This document shows, one piece after another, positions 25,849-39,355 of a stretch of 59,923 nt of DNA. Position 1 is the stretch's first letter, and every line of letters begins with the position of its first letter. The DNA comes from Octopus bimaculoides (taxonomy: Eukaryota), in assembly GCF_001194135.2 (NCBI RefSeq), contig NC_068992.1, positions 16,212,311 through 16,272,233 of the forward strand. The letters are read 5' to 3'. Made by a program: the position numbers and the translations under genes. A model generated the notes under the pieces. The model was not told where the DNA came from and did no database searches. It saw only the letters and a program-made list of their open reading frames with translations.

Positions 25849-26128
25849 TGTTCCTATTATTGTAGATACCCTACGTATGATAAAAAAGATATGTCAGAAA
25901 TATCTAGATAAGATCCCAGGAGAACCATGTCTTAGAGAAATCAAAAAATTGTACTGAGAAGTACTGCCCACATCCTTAGAAAACCCTATCCATTTAATTG
26001 TCTGTGTTGTATTACATGAAGATATTTCACTACTGCCCCTTCCCAAGCTTTCAGTCATACTGTAATATATCTTATCTTTCACTCGCACCAGGACACTATA
26101 ACAAACATACAGATTAAAAGTGAATAAT
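25847..26128 (+). mobile_element. 5'-truncated R4/Dong LINE, second subfamily
   Basis: TVPIIVDTLRMIKKICQKYLDKIPGEPCLREIKK / VLRSTAHILRK: RLE-LINE C-terminal motif VPIV.G.LG...IQK..L..TAHILRK. Confidence 0.88.
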
Positions 26129-26130
26129 AA

Positions 26131-26324
26131 CATCATCTGAAAATCTTAGAAATACCCTACAATCTAGATGTTTTGCAAAAGTCGGCATTAGTTGGTACTT
26201 CATGCATATTGCGTAAAGTACTGTCTGCCTGAGGTCCTTCTTACGACTTGACAAACAGTACATACTCCGGTTGACGCAATATTTACAATCAACAACCTTA
26301 AGGTATGGTAGACTGTGCGACATT

Positions 26325-26326
<2 letters not shown>
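26131..26326 (+). mobile_element. Very short 5'-truncated R4/Dong LINE, third subfamily
   Basis: LKILEIPYNLDVLQKSALVGTSCILRKVLSA* (stop 26230-26232), then 3' UTR and (AAT)n. Confidence 0.85.
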
Positions 26327-26420
<94 letters not shown>

Positions 26421-26421
<1 letters not shown>

Positions 26422-26830
26422 GATGTCCTGGTTCAATACCAGAAAATAGCTCTCGTGGTCTCTGATCTTAACTGATTGGAAGTGTTTATCATATACATAT
26501 TTTGTCTTGGTGCAAAAGATGAGCTACAGCAAATATTCTGCTCAATACCAAAGATTTGTTTCATGAACGGATGCAGTACCAAGCGGTAGCTCTCATGGTT
26601 TTTGATCTTAACTGATTGGAAGTGTTATCATGTACATGTTTATCTTGGTGTAAAAGATAGGCTACAGCAAATATTCCGCTTAATATTACAGACTTGCTTG
26701 TCAGTTGTTTGACTGTAAACAGTTGAACGTGTCTCTTAGTGGCTCACAATATGTGCATCTCTTAACAAAGCGTAGAATTAGCGGGAGGGCATCATAGTCA
26801 TGTGCCGAGCGGAATTCTTTGGGGTTTGAA
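26421..26830. mobile_element. Unclassified interspersed repeat with internal ~140-bp tandem duplication
   Basis: tagctctc.tggt.t.tgatcttaactgattggaagtgtt...gctacagcaaatatt occurs twice (about 26436-26560 and 26575-26700); bounded by AAT repeats. Confidence 0.7.
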
Positions 26831-27118
26831 TAATTCCCTTCTGGAAACTTGGTTGTTTCGTTCAATATCCTTAAACAACTATTATTCAAGGGCCTTGGAG
26901 CGAGATCGGCTACTCGACCAGAACAAAAATTCTAACTGGGCTACACTTGCAAAGACATGCGCTGTTTATCTTGATACGAGATAACAATGTTGCGCATAGA
27001 TGGTTGTGATATATGGGTCTGGTGTATCCTTATCAGACGAGTAGTCATGCTGGGTATATTGGGCTTCGTACATTTGTACCCCAGTGTCACTTTAATGGAA
27101 TGCACTGATATCTCACTC
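26831..27118. mobile_element. Unclassified SINE-like repeat ending in (AAT)n
   Basis: GC-richer island bounded by AAT arrays; recognised only as a probable octopus repeat. Confidence 0.5.
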
Positions 27119-27177
<59 letters not shown>

Positions 27178-27190
27178 CAACAACAACAAC

Positions 27191-27249
<59 letters not shown>

Positions 27250-27934
27250 CATTGTCTCTTTATATTATCTATTTATACTATCAAAGAATATTTTCTTTAC
27301 CCCTGACTACCATATGGAGTAAACTACAAAACATGCTACCATGCGATATCATATGATACATATAAATCTCACGAAAGCTTTATTGATTATTGAATAAAAA
27401 CAACTAGTGCGAGCTTTCAAGAAAATCCGAAGTAATCGCTCTTGTAATTCTACCATTCTTATAACGAAAACAATATTTATTCTGTGAGAAACGGCATGTA
27501 CAAAATTGTCATTCATTCAAACTATGTAATTACTATCTCGGGAACGATTTAGCTTAATAATCTATAAAACAATCTATTATCTATAAAATCCGAATTATTT
27601 ATGCTGTATAAACATCTGTTAAGTAAAGAAAAATATCTCGGATCATAGGTTCGCGAACTTTCTAATTCCAATACAACACGAGGATTAAAATTAATTCCAA
27701 AATTCTTGATCAGGTCGGCACAGATTTAGTCTTATGAAAGAACAAACTATTACAAAAACTTAACACACATCCATTGACAATCATATAAATCTAGGCTGTG
27801 AGTCGTCTAAGACTTGACAACTAATAGCAGGATGGGATATAATTTTATCATGGAGGGTAATACCAAGTAATGTTAATATAGGTACAATAATTATAATACT
27901 TCTTTTTTCGAATTTCATACTAAGGTTACAAAAC

Positions 27935-28117
27935 AATCCTTTGAAATGTAGGGACAATGCACGAAATGTTTTGAGGGTGGAAAGTTGATTACAACATCCT
28001 CAACTCTTCAAATAGATCTTATTTCATGGATTCTAAAATGATAGACAACCTCGATGGACTTTGAACTCAGAACGTAAAGACCGACGAAATGCCGCTAAGC
28101 ACTTTGTCCGGCGCCTT
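27935..28117 (-). mobile_element. Family B SINE, decayed
   Basis: tttgaactcagaacgtaaagaccgacgaaatgccgctaagcactttgtccggcg matches the family B head. Confidence 0.8.
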
Positions 28118-28305
28118 AGTTTTGTTACATAGTAATAAAACAATGATTGTCAAAATACGAATATTCATTAAATCAAAATGAAATTTAATAAAATGTTCCG
28201 TTTTTATATATATTCTTTTCTACTCTAGGAACAAGATCTGAAATTTGGGGGGAGGTAGCCAGTCAATTAGACAAATATTGTAGCTAGTGCATTTCCAAGT
28301 TTACA

Positions 28306-28415
28306 TACACAATGTATACCTTAAATCCACATATATTTTAATATAAGGTTAAGTGCGTAATCTATATATACACAAATTGTACGTTAAACCCACACATATT
28401 TTAATCTAAGGTTAA
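28306..28415. repeat. Two ~63-bp-spaced units tacacaa..tac.ttaaa.ccaca.atattttaat.taaggttaa; partial third copy near 28690-28706
   Basis: Direct alignment by eye. Confidence 0.75.
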
Positions 28416-29989
28416 TAATATCTTGTTTATCTTTCACTAATAAATGTTTTTGTTTACCGATCTCTATATTGGAACATGCATTGTTTCAGTTTGGTTCAGA
28501 ACCTCCAGAGTATCTGCTGCTAATGGGACAAAATAAAGTCCGAACAGCGTATCTGTCAGTCCACCAGAGTTCTAACTCCAGCTCTGCGTTTTTCTTTTAA
28601 TACACAAATTTCATAAATTTTCTTTGAGAAGAACTATTACAAGTCGTGCCCTTTCATATTTGTGTCCATATAAATGTTATACATCCTAGCATTTTAATCT
28701 AAGGTTGCATCGAGTGCATATATTTATTTATTAGAATAGTGTAACAAGGCCTTAATACCCACACTTCTGGTATCACAAAGGTAATACCAACTTTCTTAAA
28801 CTAATTCCCCCAATATATTAAATCCTTTCTCATCTCTCTTAGATTCTGCCAGCTCGCGTCTTTTTATATACGTGGCTATATTAAGAGACATTAATATGCA
28901 CACAAAACTGATATATAAATTCCCTTTGCATTGATCAAAGTAATTTTGGAGTGATTAATTTTTATAACCAATTCATCATAAAAGATATTAACATAAGAAG
29001 TAGTTTCTTAAAATAACACGGAGCGACAAACTGCCATATTTGATGAAATATTAGTCTACCATCACATAATTGATTTAAATAATTTGCTTCCAATATTTAA
29101 AAGAAAGCTACAAAGACAATTTGAAGTGTAAGATCCTACGCTTTTATTTTTCCATTATACTGATGTTATAGTTTGTTTTCGGAACAACTGTTATTTAAAC
29201 GCCCACGACTTAAGCCATGCGTATTTTTCGGAATGAGTTTCCATCTCATAAAAGTCACAAAGAGTCGTGTCTAATTGCGAAGTAGTTATTACAGTCACAG
29301 ATTATTCTTAATAAGCTTCAATATTGTAACGGAAGAGTGTGAATTTAAAATTAAAATAAAACAAACCCACAAGAGTTATAAATTGAAATGGTTAAAACAA
29401 GCACACGAAGCAACATTCATCGCGTACACACAAGAGTTTGTTTGCACGCGCTCAAAAAAACGTCCATCTACTCATGTGCGATCACTCACGAAGCGCAAAG
29501 TTTCATTCAGATGTTCAAATAAGACAAAAATAAAAGCAAAAAGACGATGTATACGTTACGTAGAAATAGCATTAAATCTTTGAAAATACTGGCTCGTTAC
29601 TCATTATTCATGACGAAGACAAAATGTTGCATAATATTTAGCTACGGCTATTTTTCTCCCTCAGATTATTACAGGATTATTTCCTTTGCAGTCGCGAGAT
29701 TACGGGTTCAGTTAAGTGGTGGCGGGTGACAGACAAAGACACGCACATAGTTATACACATACACAGTTATATANNNNNNNNNNNNNNNNNNNNNNNNNNN
29801 NNNNNNNNNNNNNNNNNNNNNNNNNNNNNNNNNNNNNNNNNNNNNNNNNNNNNNNNNNNNNNNNNNNNNNNNNNNNNNNNNNNNNNNNNNNNNNNNNNNN
29901 NNNNNNNNNNNNNNNNNNNNNNNNNNNNNNNNNNNNNNNNNNNNNNNNNNNNNNNNNNNNNNNNNNNNNNNNNNNNNNNNNNNTATATA

Positions 29990-30157
29990 TATACGGCAGG
30001 CTCCTTTCAGTTTCCGTATGCCAAGTCTACTCACAAAGCTTTGGTCGATCCGAGGATACAGTAGAAGACTCTTGGTCAAGGTCCCACGCTATGGGACTGA
30101 ACCCGAAACGGTGGGATTGAGAAGCAAGAGTCTTACTACACACCCACGCATGCGCCT
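29990..30157 (-). mobile_element. Family C SINE 5' half
   Basis: Reverse complement of the 30979-31145 copy. Confidence 0.85.
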
Positions 30158-30340
30158 GTGTTTGTGTTTTGGTGTTATGTTCCTCACCACCTCGCTTGAC
30201 AACAGACTTTCGTTTGTTTACAACCACATAAATTAGCGGTCCGACTAAAAAGGATAAATAAAATAAATTTGACTAATACTCTTCGAAGAAATGCTCCAGC
30301 ATGGTCGCAATCAAATGACTAAAACAAGTAAAAGACATAA
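30158..30340 (+). mobile_element. Family C SINE 3' tail, abutting the previous head in the opposite orientation
   Basis: cgcttgacaac...ttagcggtccgac...gctccagcatggtcgcaatcaaatgactaaaacaagtaaaaga. Confidence 0.82.
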
Positions 30341-30349
30341 AGAACATGG

Positions 30350-30552
30350 GTTTTAAATTTCGGCACAAAGCCAGCAATTCCGGGGGGGGGGGCTTAAGTC
30401 GATTACATCGCTCCCAGTGATCAACCAATTTTACATACCTCGAAGGGCAAAATCGATCCTGGCAGAATTTGAACTCAAAGCACAAAGACGGACGAGATGC
30501 CGTTAACCATTTCGTCCGGTATGCTTAACGATTCTGTCAACTTTACTGCCTT
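30350..30552 (-). mobile_element. Family B SINE
   Basis: ttaagtcgattacatcg...gaatttgaactc...gacggacgagatgccg...aacgattctgtcaac. Confidence 0.85.
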
Positions 30553-30978
30553 AGATATTAAGAATATTTTAAAATAATCATTCGAAATTACATTGTTCTT
30601 AACCTAATGTCTGACCTTAATAAAATAAATACTATTCATATATAATATAATGGTATTTCCTCAGGTAACTTAATTTTTCCTGTTATCAGTGCAGCTGTAC
30701 TGATTATTCGTCTTCCATTTTTCACGCCAAACTTGTTATATACATATGATAATTATTTAAAATTTCTTGATCAATCTAAAGAAAAGAAATTTTCATTGCG
30801 GTGTGAAATTTTTATGCACGTTGATAATCAACATAGTGTAATAACCTCCTCAGAATCATTGAAGATTTATTTCATTTAACACCTCTGTAGGATTTATTTT
30901 CATTCCTCAATAATATTATATAACACAAATATCAATAATGATTGTTTTGTATGAAATAACAAAGTTATTTATACAATA

Positions 30979-31145
30979 GGCGTAGGCGTGGCTGTGTGGC
31001 AAGAAGCTTGCTTACCAACCACATGTTTGTGGGTTCAGTCCCAATGCGTGGCGCCTTGGTCCAGTGTCTTCTGCTATAGCATCGGGCCGACCAAAGCCTT
31101 GTGAGTGGATTTGGTAGACGGAAAATGAAGAAGCTCGTCGTATAT
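30979..31145 (+). mobile_element. Family C SINE 5' half, well preserved
   Basis: ggcgtggctgtgtggcaagaagcttgc head, gggttcagtccc B-box-like motif, CORE-like ggcgccttggtccagtgtctt. Confidence 0.92.
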
Positions 31146-31529
31146 ATATATATATATTAGCGTACTGTATTAGAAATAACAACACGAATATATATGCTCG
31201 TGTTCATAACGTTCTAATTCTGCAGTATACACGCCAAAACTTCTCAATGAATTAATATGTACTTAGCTACAATGTTCTAAACATTAAATGCAAATCTAGG
31301 ATTTATGCAGGTGACAAGGATTAGCTTTCTGTAAGAAATAGTGATGTAGTAATAACGATTAGAACCGTATGGGTATTAGTAGTTAAAAGAATGTGATATT
31401 ACATATAACCTTGCTAACTAATTAATGTAATTTCAATTTTGAATCTAGTAGAGTCTGGAAGTATATATATATATTTCTACTAGCATACTAGGAATTCACC
31501 TTGGTGGTTATTCCTCTTATTTATATATG

Positions 31530-31567
<38 letters not shown>

Positions 31568-32224
31568 NNNNNNNNNNNNNNNNNNNNNNNNNNNNNNNNN
31601 NNNNNNNNNNNNNNNNNNNNNNNNNNNNNNNNNNNNNNNNNNNNNNNNNNNNNNNNNNNNNNNNNNNNNNNNNNNNNNNNNNNNNNNNNNNNNNNNNNNN
31701 NNNNNNNNNNNNNNNNNNNNNNNNNNNNNNNNNNNNNNNNNNNNNNNNNNNNNNNNNNNNNNNNNNNNNNNNNNNNNNNNNNNNNNNNNNNNNNNNNNNN
31801 NNNNNNNNNNNNNNNNNNNNNNNNNNNNNNNNNNNNNNNNNNNNNNNNNNNNNNNNNNNNNNNNNNNNNNNNNNNNNNNNNNNNNNNNNNNNNNNNNNNN
31901 NNNNNNNNNNNNNNNNNNNNNNNNNNNNNNNNNNNNNNNNNNNNNNNNNNNNNNNNNNNNNNNNNNNNNNNNNNNNNNNNNNNNNNNNNNNNNNNNNNNN
32001 NNNNNNNNNNNNNNNNNNNNNNNNNNNNNNNNNNNNNNNNNNNNNNNNNNNNNNNNNNNNNNNNNNNNNNNNNNNNNNNNNNNNNNNNNNNNNNNNNNNN
32101 NNNNNNNNNNNNNNNNNNNNNNNNNNNNNNNNNNNNNNNNNNNNNNNNNNNNNNNNNNNNNNNNNNNNNNNNNNNNNNNNNNNNNNNNNNNNNNNNNNNN
32201 NNNNNNNNTATATATATATATATA

Positions 32225-32256
<32 letters not shown>

Positions 32257-32371
32257 TTTTTATAGATATATATATGCATATATATAGATATATACAGACA
32301 TAAATATTTATATAAATATATTTCCATCTATACATATATACATATATATACATACATAGATACATATACAT

Positions 32372-32418
<47 letters not shown>

Positions 32419-35400
32419 CATATATATACATATATTTATATATATATATATACATACATACATACAAGCATGCATACATACATATATACACATTTACATA
32501 CACACATGTATATATATGTGTGTGAGAGATAGTGTAGGAGAGAACATGCACATAATTACATGTTTAGATTATAAGTTTACGAATTCATGTTTGAATATAA
32601 TTTAGAATTAACAACCCATGGAAAAGCAGTAAATTTAGGAAATCGCATTAATAGAGTTTATTACCGTGGGTTACGCAAATGTTTTTTTCACTTGTTTATA
32701 TTTCTATGACATTAATAAATTGAGGAAAATTTTCAAGAATCTACCATCCAAATATATTTTGTATTAAGAACTTCTCTTTTGAATTGAACATAAATGAATA
32801 TTCAAATTGAGGGTATTCAATGAATGGGTTAGCTAATACTTATTTATTCGTCTTTGTATTTATATATGTTTGTGTGCGCGCGCGTGTGTATGTGTGAGAT
32901 TTGTGTGTATGTCTGTATATATATATATTTTTTGTCTTGCTTGCCTCACATTTATGTATATGTGTCTGTGTGTCTATGTGTATATGTGTATATGTATGTA
33001 TGTATGTATAAACACATATATATGTATATGTATGTATGTATGTATANNNNNNNNNNNNNNNNNNNNNNNNNNNNNNNNNNNNNNNNNNNNNNNNNNNNNN
33101 NNNNNNNNNNNNNNNNNNNNNNNNNNNNNNNNNNNNNNNNNNNNNNNNNNNNNNNNNNNNNNNNNNNNNNNNNNNNNNNNNNNNNNNNNNNNNNNNNNNN
33201 NNNNNNNNNNNNNNNNNNNNNNNNNNNNNNNNNNNNNNNNNNNNNNNNNNNNNNNNNNNNNNNNNNNNNNNNNNNNNNNNNNNNNNNNNNNNNNNNNNNN
33301 NNNNNNNNNNNNNNNNNNNNNNNNNNNNNNNNNNNNNNNNNNNNNNNNNNNNNNNNNNNNNNNNNNNNNNNNNNNNNNNNNNNNNNNNNNNNNNNNNNNN
33401 NNNNNNNNNNNNNNNATATATATATATATATATAATACGTATAATAATTATATTCTACAATTTAAAACGCAACCTTTGCTATCAGCTAATTGATGTTGCT
33501 TTGTTTCCAGTAACGTTGTATTCCGTTTGTTAAAAAGATTTGGATGTATTTAATATGTTTACAACTGTAATGTTTAAATGTATTAAATAATTTAAAAAGA
33601 AATATGGTAAATTTATCTGACGGTATATTTGTCTCGTTTTTGTTTATTTTCCACTGGTCCTTCTACGTTTTTAAACACATAAAAGCTAAGAAATATCCTC
33701 CGTAAGGTAACAATATTCACAAGAATGGAAGCACTTTATAGGGAATATTATAGTGTGAAGTGATCTAGTCTTTTTGCAAGAATCATAAAATTACATGGCT
33801 TTTCGCCTCTGTGCCAAAGTTGTGCATATAATTCAATTGCAACTAAATTATTCTCTGTATGGAATGAAAAGCTGAAGTTGATAGCACTTTGCTGATCACG
33901 TGAGAATCACTTAAAATTAATAAGACAGTCAAGGAATTAGAGAGACAATTTACAACTTAAGAGAGCGAACACCATATAAAAGCTCTTGTACTCTGACAGA
34001 CTCATGCGACATAGATTGAACCGGGAATTTTAAATTGTACAATCGTTAATGAGGAATTGGAAGTAAGAATTTAGACGAGAAGATATCAATATATTTGCCA
34101 CACCAGTTAATTATTGCATATTACTGGTGTTACATATTATGTGTGACGTCGTTCAGAAACCAAAGCGAGTTAATATGAATTTTGCTATAATAGCCAATCA
34201 AAACCTTATATACAATAAACCTCATGAAATATTAATCCAAAACAATAACAGTTATTCATTGAATAATTGTCATTGATTATATAGTGTTGTAGCAGTTCAC
34301 AGGCAAATAATTTCACTGAAGTGCCTATTGAACAAAATAGGTTTGAGCATAACAGATTTTAAAACATTATATGAACAACATCATTGTAGTGTGTGACATG
34401 CAGTTAACGCATTGTTTAATTCATATTTCCTATATTACACCCATTATTGAATTTATAACCTTGTACAGGTGGAAATATTGCACAATAATTCCTTCAAAAA
34501 GTGAAGATATTGCTGTCGCTGTTTCAGGAAAGATCTTTCAAAGGACAAATGAGTACTAAAATGATATGTGTTACGTATATATGAATATATCCTCTAAGCA
34601 GAAACTTGAAATTACAAAATGTGACATTTAAAAACTCTATAGTATAGTCATAAATAATCAAAGAAATTTTATAGCTTCTTCTCCATACAGAAAAGAGAAA
34701 AATAACTTTATTGTCATGCAATAATCGATGATTTGTGTTGGTGACCACATATATTCGTAGGTAAGGCAACAATACAAACACTTAGATCCTGATTCAATAA
34801 TAGTTTCTGTTATCTTTACTGATTACATTTATTCATACTGTTAAATATTCAGCCGTCGCCTAATTCAGATAACCATAGAAATAACTTCATTGATCAAAAT
34901 ATTATTTTCATCAGTGAAATAAGATGACCTACAAAATAGCCCGCAGTGAACAAAATATATTCTTTTCCTACAAACCTACTATACCATCCTTGGTATACTA
35001 AAATAAAAATTAAAGTAGGTTAAAACAAAAACGGACAAATGCAGGAACAAGATGAGCACACAAATATCCTTCATCAAAAACAATTTGGAGAATAGAGTCA
35101 CGTAATGCTTAACATTTGTAATCAATAATATAATTCGAATGATTTCTCTTTGATTTACAATGCATATTTAAAAGCAGAGTGAACAGGCAAGCATCAATAA
35201 TGATTCTTATTTATATATTCACGAAAAGCAAAGTAAGTCATGGTCTTAAACTGCAGAATATATAGAGGCGGCCCATGGGCGGTTTTGTATAATTTTTCTC
35301 GCTTTATTTCAGTTTGTAATATTCATTAGTATAATTGTACTTATTCGTTCAGTAAATAACATTAGAAGAATTCTACCAAGCGCTCAAAGACATCGTTAGA

Positions 35401-37760
35401 ATTTATGAAGCAATCATACTTAAATAAGTCATGTAAATGTCCGCAGTTTCCATATACATTGCAAATAATTTCGTCCTTTTGCACGACAGCGAATTGGATT
35501 GCACTCGTAATATGTACTGAAAAAAGAAACCTCGTTGTGAACATTGTAGTGTATATGTGTAAATTAAAACCAGTTTTCTTATTCTGTTTTCTACTCCTTC
35601 AATAACACGCAACAGATATAAATGAATTACTGGAATCAAAATAATTTAGCTAATGCTACAATAAACAATGGAGAGGGTCCTTTACTGTAATACATAAAAT
35701 AGCGTTGCAAATATTTGGGCAAACTTCATTATTTCCAGAACAATTATAAAATTATAAACAGTGATGTTTATAACACACAATCTTGCACACTTAAATGACT
35801 ATACTGCAGGGGATAAATTACTTTTATGACTGAATTGTGAATTTAAAACCTTTAATAATAGACGCTTCTTGAGAGTCCCCTTTTGATGAAAATATTTCAA
35901 AATTAAAAACGATAAGGTTCGATGAGTGCGCACCTACATACGCAAACATACACTCACAAATAGAAATTATCTGAAGTGAATCTTGATTCATAGAATAATT
36001 TTATGAGAAACCTTTATCGAGAACATATGTGTTGAAATATGTATTGAAATACATTTCGTTGTTGTTAGATTAGAGATGTTTTATTTAATTATAAAATATA
36101 TTCTCAAATACAATACGTACCCTGTACACACACACACAACCATATATGAATGTATGTATACATATATACATACGTACCAGATCACGTATTTGCTCATTTA
36201 TATCAATGGACATATACACATATGAACAAGTTACATAAGAAGAGAAACTCCTCTATATATATCGCAAGCAATATAGTCTGCTATGTTAGTATAAAAGCAT
36301 ACTGTGAAAGTTACACTCTTTTTAACTGGAAACTAATGCTTTATTCTTATATTTCGCTTTTTTCTGTTTGCTCTCTGCCAAGTTATCACCGCCAAAGTAT
36401 GAAACGTCCTTAGATATATAAGCATATTTGTTATTGTACATCGCAACTCAAAGCCTACTTTTGGAAGATGTCTATTTTGCCGTTATAACACTATATTGAA
36501 ACAAAAATGTTAACCCTAAACGTAGCCGATTTATTTACCATTCGATAATGTCGAAAGTCGTTGTGCCAATGAAAGAGAAATATAAATGCAATTATTCGAA
36601 TAACATACTTTTGCAAATAGCCCATATGATAATTATAAGAATAATATACTTTTGCAAAGAGCAAATATTAAATACCAAGATTATGCTAAACCGAGGTCAT
36701 AATATACAATTGCTCCACGCTTGCTTTATTGAATTGACGTCATCGCAACTACTGCAGGAAACAATAACATGTATTCATTTATTTTCTGAATAAACCGAAG
36801 GCATCTTATATTGTAATGGATGGCATGTTCGTTTTTGTGTATAGTGCCTAGCTTTCCAAGTGTGTTTGCCGTTTCCACTATCATTTTAGCTTTAGGTTGT
36901 TGACTATGCTAACCCAGTATGTTAATTCCTTTCTTTTGGTATGGCGGAAAGGCCATATTTGTCTAGAATGGCAATAAGGATATTTTGATATTCAACTATT
37001 TTCTAAGGATATTTAGCAGATATATTTTATACATTTGCGCATAAGTAAGTTCTTATTTTACTGTAAGTTCTTAAAATATGTTAACAAAATATATTTGAAA
37101 TATACATAAACACCGATGCTTCTTGTTTTTTTTTTATAAATAGCATGTATCTTTAATTTTATTTGTTACATCAAATACTTTGCTATGTAAGTGTACTGTA
37201 TTATCTAATAATGATGGACATTATAATCATATGGTGAAGGGATATAATTAGACATGAAGTTCATTTTCATACAATTGACATTTTCATATATCTTAATATG
37301 TGTTGCCTCTAAACTATTATATAAACAATAAATGCTTCATTCAATATAAGAAAAATGTATAAAGATGATCAATAGAAATTAAATATATCGATATGTTTTC
37401 TATAAGTTATAGAAAATAAACACTCAGTGTAGAAGTGGAAGACAATCTAATCGACAATACTTTTCTCCTATAAAAGCGTGATCATGTGCCAGTTGAGCTA
37501 AGCAGCTCTTATTTTTGAAGTCGATGGAAGAAAACAAACAACGTAATACAAAAGAAGAAAAAAATGATTTATCTGCATTTAGTTTAACCTTTCCAACTTC
37601 AGAGAGCGAAATATTCTAAGTGCGGCAAAAGGTACATATGGCATGTTCGAAATTTGATTAATTTGACGACATTCTTCACCTCAGTTGTTTCCGAACTTAC
37701 ATGAATGCATGCAGCAAATCATGTCATATGCAAGGGAAGTACTACGTTAAGCAAATGCAT

Positions 37761-37839
<79 letters not shown>

Positions 37840-38539
37840 TACAATTCCAAAGACTATATTTTACTTTTTTACCCATTTTTCATTCGAAAGGCATCAAGTT
37901 AAATTTAATACAACATTTAGAAGTTTCCCTTCCTGTTTATTATTTACATTATAACCAAATTCCTATTCATTGCTCCGAGCAATTCCTTTTAAACCCTTTT
38001 ATCGTAAACAATTTTTAAACACGGCTGATGTTTTATTGAGATTTTCAGTTTCAGACAGTGCATTGTTTCTAAATTGAATCATCATACCACGAATCTTATA
38101 TCAATAATTCTGTGATGCATCTAAAATACTAATCTAATAAATCGCCTTACAGCTCCAGCTATGCCCTGAGGAAGCCACAAATGCAGATGTTAAGTTCCTA
38201 GCGTATTGATATTAAGTAGTTGCCTTATAATTATCACAGTTATGACTTCGGTCACAGACTCTATATAAGCAAATGTTATATGATAATATATGACATCTTA
38301 GTTCAGTCTGTGTCCGTTCAGAGGCCTTAGTATACCACTCAGTAGGAAAATGTCTCTATGTTCCAGAGTATTGCGATAACGAAATGTATGGGATCCTTAA
38401 TATACGTAAGATCTTCTGCTGAAGCTGCCTCTTACGGATTCTGAAAACTGAAATGAACGTGGCTAGAAGGTACGAAATTAGATTGCTTTTACGTGGGACA
38501 AAAGTATGATATTTCTTAACATAAACTTATCTTTGTTGA

Positions 38540-38800
38540 ATTACCTGCAGCAGAAGTGCCTTTCACAATGCCGCACCATAAATCTCTGCTCTTCGCCATT
38601 TGCTTTGGTAGGATCTGAATTTCATGCTATATCTCAGTCAAACACTTTATTGTAGTTGCGTATACCTCCTCCATTGTTAGGGTGTTGAACTCTCCGAAAT
38701 ACAGAATGATATGTCCTGCTGTTGTGTAAGATAGCCCAGGAAGCAAATTCTGCTTTGCTGATTAACATGAACAGAATAGCCACTAATGACTTTGAGGCTC
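38540..38800 (-). mobile_element. Probable decayed RTE LINE 3' fragment
   Basis: NQQSRICFLGYL (cf. RRLRFLGH) and MAKSRDLWCGIV (cf. A.DR..W..IV) in broken frames. Confidence 0.45.
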
Positions 38801-38842
38801 GCACCCGTTGAGAAGCAGCATAGCTTAATTAGGTTGGTGATA

Positions 38843-39005
38843 TTCTTTTCTACTCTAGGCGGGGCCAATCGATTAGATAGAACTCAGTACGCAACTGGTA
38901 CTTAATTTATCGACCTCGAAAGGATGAAATGCAAAATCGACCTCAGCGGAATTGCACTCAGAACCTAAAGACGAGCGAAATACCGCTAAGCAGCTTTCCC
39001 TGTGT
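38843..39005 (-). mobile_element. Family B SINE with internal deletion
   Basis: actggtacttaatttatcgacctcgaaaggatgaaatgcaaaatcgacctcagcgg core. Confidence 0.88.
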
Positions 39006-39229
39006 ATTAGGTTATTGCATGAGGTTCGTATTAGGGTATTGAATGAGGTTCGTTTGTCGCTGTTCATTTTTTTCATGATATTATATAACCAGGAGTAAAT
39101 GCAATTAAAGCGCTTGTAACCGATGAGCTATTAATGGGATAATGTTTGCAATAGTTACAAGAACTTAGAATATAAAAAAAAAACAAGCGTGAACAGCGAA
39201 CGATCTTTTCTTTGTCATTTCAGCATAGC

Positions 39230-39232
<3 letters not shown>

Positions 39233-39321
<89 letters not shown>

Positions 39322-39355
39322 AAAGAGAGAGAGAGAGAGAAGAGGAAAGAGAGAT
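39233..39355. repeat. (AG)n microsatellite
   Basis: Direct inspection. Confidence 0.97.

Larger units (their letters stand above)
25710..27250. repeat. Cluster of (AAT)n arrays (about 25710-25846, 26327-26420, 27119-27250) separated by inserted elements
   Basis: Direct inspection. Confidence 0.95.
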
